Assembly: GCA_013265495.1 (NCBI GenBank)
Contig: MU061578.1
Coordinates: 3,357,308 to 3,421,307 of the forward strand
Length of the DNA stretch: 64,000 bases
Direction: 5' to 3'
Source: Vicugna vicugna
Taxonomy: Eukaryota
Part shown: positions 33,926 through 45,560 of the stretch, one piece after another
Position numbering within the stretch: position 1 is the stretch's first letter
How the letters are laid out: every line of letters starts with the position of its first letter
Position numbers and translations under genes: made by a program
The notes under the pieces: generated by a model
What the model was told of the DNA's origin: nothing
The model's database searches: none
Seen by the model: the letters and a program-made list of their open reading frames with translations, nothing else

Positions 33926-36241
33926 ATGCCGGCCTCGAGGCCACTCCTGCCGCTGCTCCTCCTGGTTGGGCTGACTTCAGGGGCCAACCTGCCGCCAGGA
34001 CCCGGGAGCCATCCGGGTGTGTGCCCCAACCAGCTCAGCCCCAACCTCTGGGTGGACGCCCAGAGCACCTGTGAGCGTGAGTGCATCGGGGATCAGGTGA
34101 GCGTGGGCACATCCCTGCTGGCCCGGTTGGGGGGTGGGCAGACTGTAGGGGCCCAGAGTGTCTGGAGGTTCTGGCCAGCCTGGGGGAAGCCCAGACCTCA
34201 CCCCTGCCCTAGGCCTTGCCTGCAGAGGGGACCCTGGCAGCCCTCAGCCCTGGGAGTTCACTCCCTCCTTGGGCTCCCCACTGTTCTGCTAGTTTCACAC
34301 TATGCTCTGTATGAGGGTCCCAGGGGAAAGACACCCCTAGTCTTTGCCTTCGTGTGTTTGAAGATTGGGGGGCCCCCTTCTTAATCCCCAGACCCGCACA
34401 CCCCCACCATGCACCACTGAAGTGGCCTTAAACACATTTTATGTCCTCTCCAGCCTCAGTGTCCACATCTGTATGACAGGAATAATAAAAAAATCTGCTT
34501 TGGGGACCAAAGGATTCAATGAGGTTCAATGAGATGACATGGGTGATGGGCATACCAGGGAGCTGTAGTTCACTGTACAACATGGCATGCAAACTTCTGC
34601 AAACCTGCTCAGCTCCCAGAGGGGAAACAGATTCAGGGAGAGGCAGCAGGAGATGCACCCCTGACCGTGCTGGGGGGTATTAGGGTGTCCACTGAGCTGT
34701 CCCCCACCCTCTAGGACTGTTCAGCCACCGAGAAGTGCTGCACCAATGTGTGTGGGCTGCGGAGCTGTGTGGCGGCCCGCTTCCCCAACAGCGGCCTGGA
34801 GGTGGCACCCGTGCAGGCGGCCTCCTGCGAAGGCTTTGTGTGCCCGCAGCAGGGCTCCGACTGTGACATCTGGGATGGACAGCCCGTGTGCCGCTGCCGT
34901 GACCGCTGTGAGAAGGAGCCCAGCTTCACCTGCGCCTCGGACGGCCTCACCTACTACAACCGCTGTTACATGGACGCTGAGGCCTGCCTGCGAGGCCTCC
35001 GCCTGCATGTCGTGCCCTGCAAGCATGTCCTCAGCTGGCCACCCAGCAGCCCAGGGCCCCCTGAGACCACTGCCCGCCCGACGCCTGGGGATGCCCTGGT
35101 GCCGCCTGCCCTCTACAGCAGCCCCTCCCCACAGGCAGTGTATGTGGGGGGCACAGCCAGCCTGCACTGTGATGTCAGTGGCCACCCGCCACCTGCCGTG
35201 ACCTGGGAGAAGCAGAGTGACCAGCGGGAGAACCTGATCATGCGGCCAGACCAGATGTATGGCAATGTGGTGGTCACCAGCATCGGGCAGCTGGTGCTTT
35301 ACAACGCCCGGCTTGAGGATGCCGGCCTCTACACGTGCACCGCACGAAATGCTGCTGGCCTGCTGCGGGCTGACTTCCCGCTCTCCGTGGTCCAGCGAGA
35401 GCTGGCCAGGGACGGGGCCCCTGACGCCCCGGCTGAGTGCCTTCCCAGCACGCAGACCTGTGTTGGCCCTGACTCTGGCCTAGTCCTTTGGCACTTTGAC
35501 CCACAGCGGGGTGGCTGCATGACCTTTCTGGTTGGCAGCTGTGTAGGGAGTGCCCAGGGCTTTGAGACCTATGAGGCGTGCCAACAGGCCTGTGCTCACG
35601 GCCCCAGGGATGCCTGCGTGCTGCCTGCCGTGCAGGGCCCCTGCCAGGGCTGGGAGCCACGCTGGGCCTACAGTCCGCTGCTGCAGCAGTGCCACCCCTT
35701 CGTGTACAGCGGCTGCGAGGGCAACGGCAACAACTTTGAGAGCCGTGAGAGCTGTGAGGATGCCTGCCCTGTGCCGCGAACAATGCCCTGCCGGGCCTGC
35801 CGGCTCCGGAGCAAGCTGGCACTCAGCCTGTGCCGCAGCGACTTCGCCATCGTGGGCCGGCTGATCGAGGTGCTGGAGGAGCCCGAGGCAGGCAGTGGCG
35901 GCATCGCTCGTGTGGCCCTGGACGATGTGCTTAAGGATGACAAGATGGGCCTCAGGTTCTTGGGCACCAAGTACCTAGAGGTGACACTGAGTGGCATGGA
36001 CCGGGCCTGCCCCTGCCCCAACGTGACAGTGGGCGATAGCCCACTGGTCATCATGGGCGAGGTACGAGACGGCGTGGCCATGCTGGACGCAGGCAGCTAC
36101 GTCCGTGCTGCCAGTGAAAAGCGAGTCAAGAAGATCTCGGAGCTGCTAGAGAGGAAGGCCTGTGAGCTGCTCAACCGCTTCCAGGACTTGCCAATCCACC
36201 CACCCAACCCCACACCCACCCACCCCACCTCTGGCAGCTGA
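33926..36241 (+). CDS. WFIKKN1: WAP, follistatin/Kazal, Ig, Kunitz x2 and NTR domain protein 1 (GASP-2), 565 aa here
   Basis: Exon 33926-34096 (signal peptide MPASRPLLPLLLLV...CERECIGDQ) and exon 34715-36241 (DCSATEKCC...Kazal FTCASDGLTYYNRC...Ig...Kunitz GPCQGWEPRW...NTR...ELLNRFQD plus 17 aa). Phase 0 GT-AG intron. Confidence 0.97.
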
Positions 36242-36246
36242 ATAAA
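36241..36246 (+). terminator. WFIKKN1: WFIKKN1 polyA signal AATAAA overlapping the stop codon
   Basis: AGC TGA ATAAAA: the last base of TGA is the first A of AATAAA. Confidence 0.7.
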
Positions 36247-36650
36247 AGTCCTGGACCGCAAGGCCTGACCCTTCCCGACCTGGCCTGCTTCAGCAGGGAT
36301 CCTCCCACCACATGGGGCTTTGGCTCCAGTCTGAGGTCACCAAGGAGCACCAGCCCCCTTCTAGGGAGCCTCCTGTGTCCCTGCGGAAGCACAAGTGAGG
36401 ACCAGCCACTGAGGTGGTGCCACCTCCCATGGTAGAAGGCCAGACATCCAGTTCAGTGTTGTCTCAGCGATCCCTGGGTCCTCCCTCCCTCTCTCCCTCC
36501 CCTCACTGTCCGAGTGGAGCAACAGAGTCCAGGATGCCCCCAAGCCCTGACCTACAGGCCAAAGCCCTCCTGCCCACAGTATGGAACCCTCGGAGAGACA
36601 GCCTGCCCACCCATCATCCTCCATACCAGCAGTGGGGCAGCAGGAAACAC

Positions 36651-36656
36651 TTTATT
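36651..36656 (-). terminator. METTL26: METTL26 polyA signal AATAAA
   Basis: TTTATT on the plus strand, 140 nt past the METTL26 stop. Confidence 0.7.
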
Positions 36657-36763
36657 TCCAGGCTGTCAGCAGCCTTGTGGCCACTGGTCAAGAACTCCTA
36701 GCCTGAGCAGAGCCAGTCCCCATAGTGTGGCCCAGGGAAGCAGGTGCTGGTAGTCTGGGTTTA

Positions 36764-38352
<1,589 letters not shown>

Positions 38353-38361
38353 TCACCACGG

Positions 38362-38375
38362 ACTACAATTCCCAG
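38362..38375 (+). promoter_or_regulatory. THAP11(Ronin)/ZNF143 motif ACTACAATTCCCAG in the METTL26 CpG-island promoter
   Basis: Exact ACTACAATTCCCAG 76 bp upstream of the first METTL26 ATG, within a CpG island at about 38040-38520. Confidence 0.75.
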
Positions 38376-38669
38376 GAGGACGCGCGCCATGCGTTAAAGG
38401 GTCCGCAGCCGCTGGAGGCGCTCAGCGAGCGGCTGTCTCCGGCGGCGGATCGGGCGACGAGCTGGGTCACCGGCTTACAGGAGCCTATCGGCTCAGCACC
38501 CGGTGTCCATGGCTGTCCTAGCTTTTTCATCGCGCTTGTTACTCCAAAATTGTGTCGTTCGCATATCACCTGAATAGATGCTTCCCGCTTGTCTGGCTTT
38601 TTTTCGTTGATGAAATCTCTTAGGTCAGAGTTTTTTGAGATGGTGGTAAAAAAAACCTCAAAAACTCAA

Positions 38670-38880
38670 AAGCCTAACTGTATAGCACAGGGAAATATAT
38701 ACAAGATCTTGTGGTAGCTCACAGCGAAAAAATATGTGACAATGAATATATGTATGTTCATGTATAACTGAAAAATTGTTATTTTCACTGGAATTTAACA
38801 CAACATTGTAAAATGACTATACACTGGAATTTAACACGACATTGTAAAATGACTATAACTCAATAAAGGCATGTTTGAAA
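38670..38880 (+). mobile_element. 5'-truncated young L1 3' end with an internal 36-bp tandem duplication
   Basis: ctgtatagcacagggaaatatatacaagatcttgtggtagctc...acattgtaaaatgactataactcaataaa. Confidence 0.75.
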
Positions 38881-38897
38881 AAAATTAGACTGATATT

Positions 38898-38910
38898 AAA
38901 AAAGCCAAAA
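38898..38910 (-). terminator. Pol III oligo-T terminator of the tRNA
   Basis: Minus strand reads TTTTGGCTTTTTT, starting 6 nt after the discriminator base. Confidence 0.8.
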
Positions 38911-38916
38911 GCCTAC

Positions 38917-38987
38917 TGCGCCGCCCGGGAATCGAACCCGGGTCGCAAGAATGGGAATCTTGCATGATACCACTACACCAGCGGCGC
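38917..38987 (-). tRNA. TRG-CCC: tRNA-Gly, anticodon CCC, 71 nt, no intron
   Basis: GCGCCGCTGGTGTAGTGGTATCATGCAAGATTCCCATTCTTGCGACCCGGGTTCGATTCCCGGGCGGCGCA. Paired acceptor stem, A box and B box (GGTTCGATTCC). Syntenic with the human Gly-CCC gene between METTL26 and MCRIP2. Confidence 0.97.
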
Positions 38988-40235
38988 TACTTAGTAAGTG
39001 CTGGCCCGCGAGACTTAGGAGTTCGTGACGCAAGTTCCCCACACCACTCTCACACTACACAGAAAGACCAGAACGCGTGCGCCGCCGCCGCGCCAACAAC
39101 AGGGATAGGAGCGCCGCGCTTGGAGAAGGACGCGACAGTGGGGGTCTCGCGGTGCGTTGGGCGCCCTGCTCTCGAGAGGGAGGAGCGGGAATGAGGGACG
39201 CGGGCTTGTGGGCAACCTGGATTCGGGTTGCACCTTGAAAACTGTGGCAACCGCCGCATTCCGAAAGTGATGGGGCGGGGCCGAAGCAGAGCTCTTCGGG
39301 GGAGGACCTTCGTAGGTGGGCGGGGTTGTGTTGTGGGTGGGGCTTCCGGTGGGCGGGATTGTGCTTGGTAAGGCTCCTTGTCGTGGGTGGGGCTCCCGTC
39401 GGGGTAGAGCTGTGTGGTGGGTGGGGCGGGCCCAGCGTGCAGGAACTGGACCTGTGCTGCTCAGAGTTTCTCTGTGCACCGAGATAACCAGCGCTAGCCC
39501 AGGGTTCATGGGTGTTGTGAGAGGTCGGTGAACCCAGGAATCAAGTCGGAGGCCGATCTGTTGTATCCAGGGTACTTCTCTGGTTGTCTTCTTGGGGTCC
39601 ATGTCTCAGAAGGGGCCCTGTTAGCAGGCTAAAGGCGTTGCTCCGCTGTCAACACTAGCTTATCTCCTTAGCTGGACAACTTTTCTCGCTTGAGACCCCC
39701 ATACTCGACTTCGCTCTGGCAAGGGCTCTGAGGATGGCACTGACTGGAACTTTAGCTGGGGGTTGCTGCCGAGGGGACAAGGGGCCAGAGTCTGACTGTG
39801 GTCAGACAGAGGACAACTTTGCAGCTTCTGGACAGGATATGGTATAGGGTTGGCTGGTCTGGACACACCCCCTGGGAAGTTTCCACTCAGTGGGCCAGCT
39901 TGCCCACCTCCATCCCGCCCCGGCGGCACTCTGCTCTACAACCACCCTGTTTTCTTCAGTAGACTTTCTCATTTCACGGCCCTGAGCTTTCATTACCTGA
40001 CTAATGTTTTGCCTCACCTCCTCCTAGTTTGTTGGCTGAGCCATTTCTGTGTCTCCAGGTGGAGAAGTGTTCCTCATTGCAAATCCCTGCCCCTGCCCCC
40101 ATCTGTGAAGATCAGTGGTTACCTGAGTCCTCACCACCCAGGCCCCTTGGCCCACCTTGCCCACTCAAGAGGCACCAGGCTTCCTGGTGGCTTCACATGG
40201 CATTCCTGGGCACAGGCCACTCTGTGCTCTTGTCA

Positions 40236-41063
40236 TGTAATAAGAAATATATATTTGGTCTTCATCCTGGCTCCTGGCACAGAGCTTCTAAAACCCTGGA
40301 GATTTCCAGGGGTGAGAGGAGCATCTTTTATTCGTAACAAGCCCCTTTCAACCTTACTTGGGTATATATCAATGAGGTGACTTTCGGGAAATGGGAGCTG
40401 GTTGCTAGGGAACCCTGTGATTAGAGGGTTAGAACTTTCTGCCCCACTCCAGACTTCTGACTCCTAAGAGGGGGTGGGGCTGGAGAATGAACGAATCACC
40501 AGTGGTCGATGATTTAATCAGTCATGCCTGTGTCCTGGAGACTCCATACAAACCCGAAATGAAAGGGTTCAGGGAGCTTCCATCTGTAAACTCATGGTGG
40601 TGCAGAGAGGGTGGCTCCCCAGGAGGGCATGGAGGATCTGCACCCCTTCCCACCCCTTCCCTGGGCATCTGTTCCATCTAGTTCTTCCTGAGTCATGTCC
40701 TTTATGATAAACCAGTAAACAGAAGCAAAGTGTTTCCCTGAGTTCTGTGAGCTGTTTTGGCAACCCGAGGAGGATTACAAAACTCATTTTACAGCTGGTG
40801 GGCCAGAGACACAGGTAACAGTCTGGACTTGTTGCTGGCATCTGAAGTAAGGCCTGTCTTGTGAGACAGAGCCCTTAAACTGTAGGGTCTGCACTGATGC
40901 TGGGCAGTCTGTGTCCGAATTGAGTTAAATCATAAGACACCCAGTTGGTGTGCAAAGGGATCTGGAGAATTGCTTACTGAGAAAACCCCACACATTTGGT
41001 ATCTGAAGTGTTGTGAGTACACCTGTGTTCTATAAGAGGAAAGGAGACTGAGACAGATCCATT
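40236..41063 (+). mobile_element. MER21-family solo LTR
   Basis: Starts TGTAATAAGAAATATATATTTGGTC...CTGGCACAGAGCTTCTAAAACCC; later gatttaatcagtcatgcc and ccctgagttctgtgagc. 3' end approximate. Confidence 0.7.
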
Positions 41064-41690
41064 TCCCAGCTTCCCCACGTTGGATGGTGCTGCTTTCAGA
41101 ATTGCCCAAATGACCAGCAACATCTTCTGTTTAACAGCCTTTGACTTCAGGTTGATATATGCTGCCATTCATTACTCTGGATTGGTTGCTGTGTGAACTG
41201 ACACCTGCCTTCAGCACTCACCAAGCTCCGAGCCTGGGACCAAAGGAACAGGACACAACTGGGCAGTGGCCTTTGCTGTGAATATGTGTCAGCACACACT
41301 TTCAGGAAAGCCAAGGATGCAAGGATGTATGTCAGACTCTGGGAGGATCCAAGACCCCCAGGGGATGCTAAATATTGGATCCCTGGAAGCATCCACACCC
41401 TGGCCTGTGCTGTATGATACCCCCTGGGGTTGTGTCTTCTGGGGATTATTGATAGAGCCGGAAATACCTTCTCCTAGTCCTGCTCATTGACAAAGGGCTG
41501 TGGAGTGAGCCCCTGGGTGCTGCCCCATGATGTCCAGAGCCAACGGCAGGGTCCAGCTTCCCTCTTGAGGTCCAGGCCTGTGTGCCCACTGAACCCCCTC
41601 CCCACCCCATGTGAGTCTGAGCTTCTTCCCAAGCCCTCCAGTGCTAGATCCTGGGCGAGTCACCTCCTGTTCCCTCCACTTCCCTCCCTA

Positions 41691-42100
41691 TGTTAATTTC
41701 CTAGAGCTACTGTAACAAATTACCCTCATGCTTGGTGGCTTAAAACAAAAATTTATTTTCTTACTGTTCTGGAGGCCAGAAGTCCAAAATAAAGATGGCA
41801 GCTCCCTCCAGTGGCCCTACAGGGAGATCCTTCCTACCACTGCCAGCTTCTGGGGGCTCCAGGAGTTTCTGGGCTTGTGGCCACCTCACTGCAGTTTCTG
41901 CCTGTCTTCACCTGGTCTTCTCTGTGTCTCTCTGTGTCCAAACAGCCCTCCTTTCTCTTACAAGGATGATCATCACTGGATTTAGGGCCTATCCTAATCT
42001 AGGATGAGCCTATTTCAAAATCTGTATTTTAATTATATCTGCAAAGATCATTACTCTAAAGAAGGTCACATGCTGAGGTTATTATGATAACTGGGGTCTG
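41691..42100 (-). mobile_element. MaLR solo LTR (MLT1-type)
   Basis: tgttaatttcctagagctactgtaacaaattacc...ggtggcttaaaacaaaaatttatttt...ggaggccagaagtccaa...ggatttagggcc. Confidence 0.75.
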
Positions 42101-44569
42101 TGAGGTAAAGGCCTTCCCTTACCATGACAACCATTATTTCTGCTGGGGGAGGGCCCTTCCCTCCTGTCCAACTGCCCCTGACTCTAACTCTTGGATGGGT
42201 TCCCAGCCTCTCTGACAACAGGGAACGTTGCTGGCTGCAAAATGCTGTCTCTACTAGGACTTTGCACGCTGACTGCCATGATGGACAGTGTAGTCCAGGT
42301 AAAGCCAGGCTGACCAAGATTCCGACCCTACCAGGAGATCCCAGCTGAACTCATGGCAGCTGGCCCATTCGGACCCTGACCCCTTGGGGGCGCTCTCCCC
42401 AGGCCAAGGCAGGTCTGGTGCTCAGTTGGGTCCTGGGAGCAGTGAGGCTGGGAAGGCCCCTCACAGGGAGATCAGCCCCACCCCTCTCCTCCCCTCCAAG
42501 TGCCAGGGCTTTGCTGTCTGTCCCCCACAACCTGGGTTTCCTTCACTATGGATAACCCTTGCACTGGCTCAGTGTCTCTTAGGGACCACTGGGTTCTCTC
42601 ACCCCCCATCCCCAACTGTCCCCAACCTGTCCTGTACCTCCTCCCCTCATGCCTATCAGGACCACTCATGTTTGGCTGCTCTTTCCTGGGAGTCCTTCCA
42701 AAGGCTCTGGACCCAACATTTGACCTTAGACAAGGCCCACTGGCAGGGCTGGGATATTAGGGCCTTGCAGCCTTAGCCACCAGAAGACTTAAGCAAAGGC
42801 CAGGCCTGTCCGCCCACCAACAGGCCCTGTCCTTCGCCTTCTCCATGCTGGCCTGAGAACGGTGCCTGGGAGAGGAGGAGCTCTCAGCTCATACCAGCTT
42901 GGGGGAGTGGTACTCCCCCACCCCAGGGCCTGCCAGGAACACGTGCTCTCAGGACACAGGCCCCCCACACCAGACCCCTCACCCTGTGGGGTCTCCTCAG
43001 CAATACTGAGTTAGCATTATGCTTGAGGCCACCAGGGGGCCAGGGCAGCCAGTACAGAGTGATAGAGGACTGTGCTGGCCTCGACATGGCTGGGGAGAGG
43101 GAGAGGGATGGGCACCTCGGGTGGAAAGGCAGGTCAGGGAGGGGCTAGCTTGTTGGGGGGCTGCTCAGGCCTGGACTTCCTGAACATGCTCTCCCCTCTC
43201 AGGGTCACAGGCCTAGCCCAGCCTGGCCCCGCAGAGGGAGCAGCTGGGGAAGAGGGGGGCCTTATTCTTCGGCCTTGAGTAGGACAGTACTTAGAGCCAA
43301 GGGGCTATGAGGAGGGGGGTGCAGATGAGAGGAAGGACAGCTAAGCCACCCCTGGAATGCAGGCTTCCCTGAAGGTGCCCAAGCAGGCTCAGTCACCCCT
43401 GCCACCCACACAGGTGCATGGCGTAGCCTGGTAGGAACACAGCACAGAGCAGGTAGGGTGAGGGGTTCCTCCTGCTGGTTTCCCCCACCCCCTACCCTGC
43501 CAGGAGCCACCCCTCGCTCCTCTCCATGTACTGTGCTTGTTTGGACACTACACAAGCAAGGCCTGCTCTGAAGATACGGTGTTGGGGAAGCTGGGCTAGT
43601 TTGCTCCAAGCCTCACTGGGCTGTGGCTCCCAGGTGGAGACAGAGCCCAGACTCTGGTGCTGGTCCAACAGTCTCCTCCGATACCTGTGGGAGCAGCGCA
43701 GGAGCCCAGGGCACAAAGTTGTCTCCACTAGCCTCGAGGCAGATGCCACAACCCCTGGATAACTCTGGGCAGAGTTTTTTTCTTTTTGGCCTTAGGGACT
43801 TAACTCAATTACAGGGAGGATGGGTGCCTCCCGCAAAACCCACAAGGCCCTCAGGCTCACAAATCCAAGTGTGCTGTGGCTCCCCCTCCTCCAAACCCAG
43901 GCTGCTGTGACTCCCCCTCCACTCCAGCTTGGGGCAGCCAGGGAGCTGGGAAGAAGGGGCATACCTCCATCTAATTCTCAAGAAGGAACCCTGTGGGTAG
44001 AGCCTGCCTGAAGGGGCTACCTGGCTGATTAGGGCTCAATGGCCCAGCCGCCCCTCCTCCCTGGGCCTCCCAGTTCCCTGGGGTCATGGTCGATGGGCAT
44101 CACAGACAATGGTCTTGAGGCACTGTCACTGCAGTAGGTGACTCATCCTATGGCCTGGGGGTTGGGAGGAATAAGTGCTCTTTCTCCCCTTTGGGATGAC
44201 ATAAGCAAGCTGGGTCTTCTCATCCACCTTCTCCAACCACAGGATCCAGTCCCTGTGCTGCGCCTGGACTGGTAAGGGGCCCCCTGCCTCCCTGGGGTTG
44301 GGGAGCACATCAGCATGGGACGCTGAAATGCAGCAGAATGCAGTAACTGCTCCTGTCCCACAGGGTGACAAGGAGATTCCCAGGGTCTCACATCTCTGTC
44401 CAAACCCAGGGAGCTAAACTGCCTTTTTCTCATCTCTGACTCCCTAAGTCCCATAAGAGTGAACCCTCACACTGGCCCAGGCATCTTGGCGGAGGATTTC
44501 AGAGGTGCGTGGAAACACCCTTGCTTCTAGGGTCCGCAAAGAGCACCCCCAGCTTCTGTCAACGCCTTG

Positions 44570-45560
44570 GCTCCTTTGACATCACTGCCGACTCCAGGAC
44601 GGCCTGGGCTGGAGGAGCCTCGCCACGTCTGGGTTCCCCTGGCTCGCCTAGCCTCCGGTGGCCGACAGGCGGCTAGGGCCTTAGGGAACTGCCTTGGCCT
44701 TGGCCTTGAGCCCGAGGGGCGGGCGCCGCTTGCAGCCGCCCCGCCCCAGCCTCGGGCCGCGCCGCAGGTCCAGCCACCTTCCCAAAGGCCCAAGCGCCAC
44801 TCTTGCTGCGTGCCTCGGCGCGGGCCCTTTAAGGTCCGGGGGTGTGTGACGGGCCCGCCCCCTCCCCGAGACTCCGGCCGCCCGTTAAAGGGGCCGCGCC
44901 CTCGGCGCCCGCCAAGTGCCAGCCGGGCGGAGGGCGCGGAATCTGGCCGCGGGCCGGCGGGCGGGGAGGGTGAGGGCGAGGGCGCGCTACGGCCCCTCCA
45001 CACCATGTACACCATCACCAAGGGACCCAGCAAGCTGGTCGCGCAGCGCCGCACAGGTGCGCAGAGGGGCCGGCAGGGCAGGGAGGGCCTGCCGGGGTCC
45101 GCACGCGGTCCCCTCCCCCGGCGCGGCGGCGGCTGAAGCGCCCTCCCGGTGCCCGCAGGTCCCACGCAGCAGCAGGTGGAGAGCAGACTCGGAGAGCTCC
45201 TGAAATGCCGGCATCCCGCGCCGTCGACCCCGCAGCCCCCACGGGCGCAGCCGCCGGGACCCTGGCCCCTGTCGAGGTGAGACGCCTGACCCCGGCTGGA
45301 GACTGGCCCTCCCCTCCCCTCTCTTCCCTCTCCGGCCGCCGTGGGGCCTGGAGGGTGACCTTGAGGAAAGGTTAGCCACATGCTTCGGGCAGGCACGGAG
45401 GGGGCGGGGCGCGCCGACCCCGCACGCGTGTGCAGCTTAGCCTCCCCACCTTCGCGTTTCCGCCTCACCTGGCGCCTTGCTAGGTCGGAGGGGCCTGGGC
45501 CGGATACCCCTCCGAGCCCTGTGGTACCCCCGCGGACCCTAAGACGAGAGAAAGCCGACT
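44570..45560 (+). promoter_or_regulatory. MCRIP2: MCRIP2 CpG-island promoter spanning exons 1-2
   Basis: Dense CpG and GC boxes around the ATG at 45005. Confidence 0.85.

Noticed and set aside
35440-35770. Substitutions in the WFIKKN1 Kunitz domains (YSGC, shorter first loop)
   Set aside because: All six cysteines are kept in each domain, and the first Kunitz domain is known to be divergent.
38666-38916. CAAAAGCCTA on both sides of the L1 fragment as a target-site duplication
   Set aside because: The left copy appears to be the start of the L1-derived sequence and the right copy is the tRNA trailer, so coincidence cannot be excluded.
45159-45276. MCRIP2 is about 4 aa shorter than the human protein
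   Set aside because: The difference lies in a low-complexity Pro/Gln linker and keeps the frame; ordinary variation.
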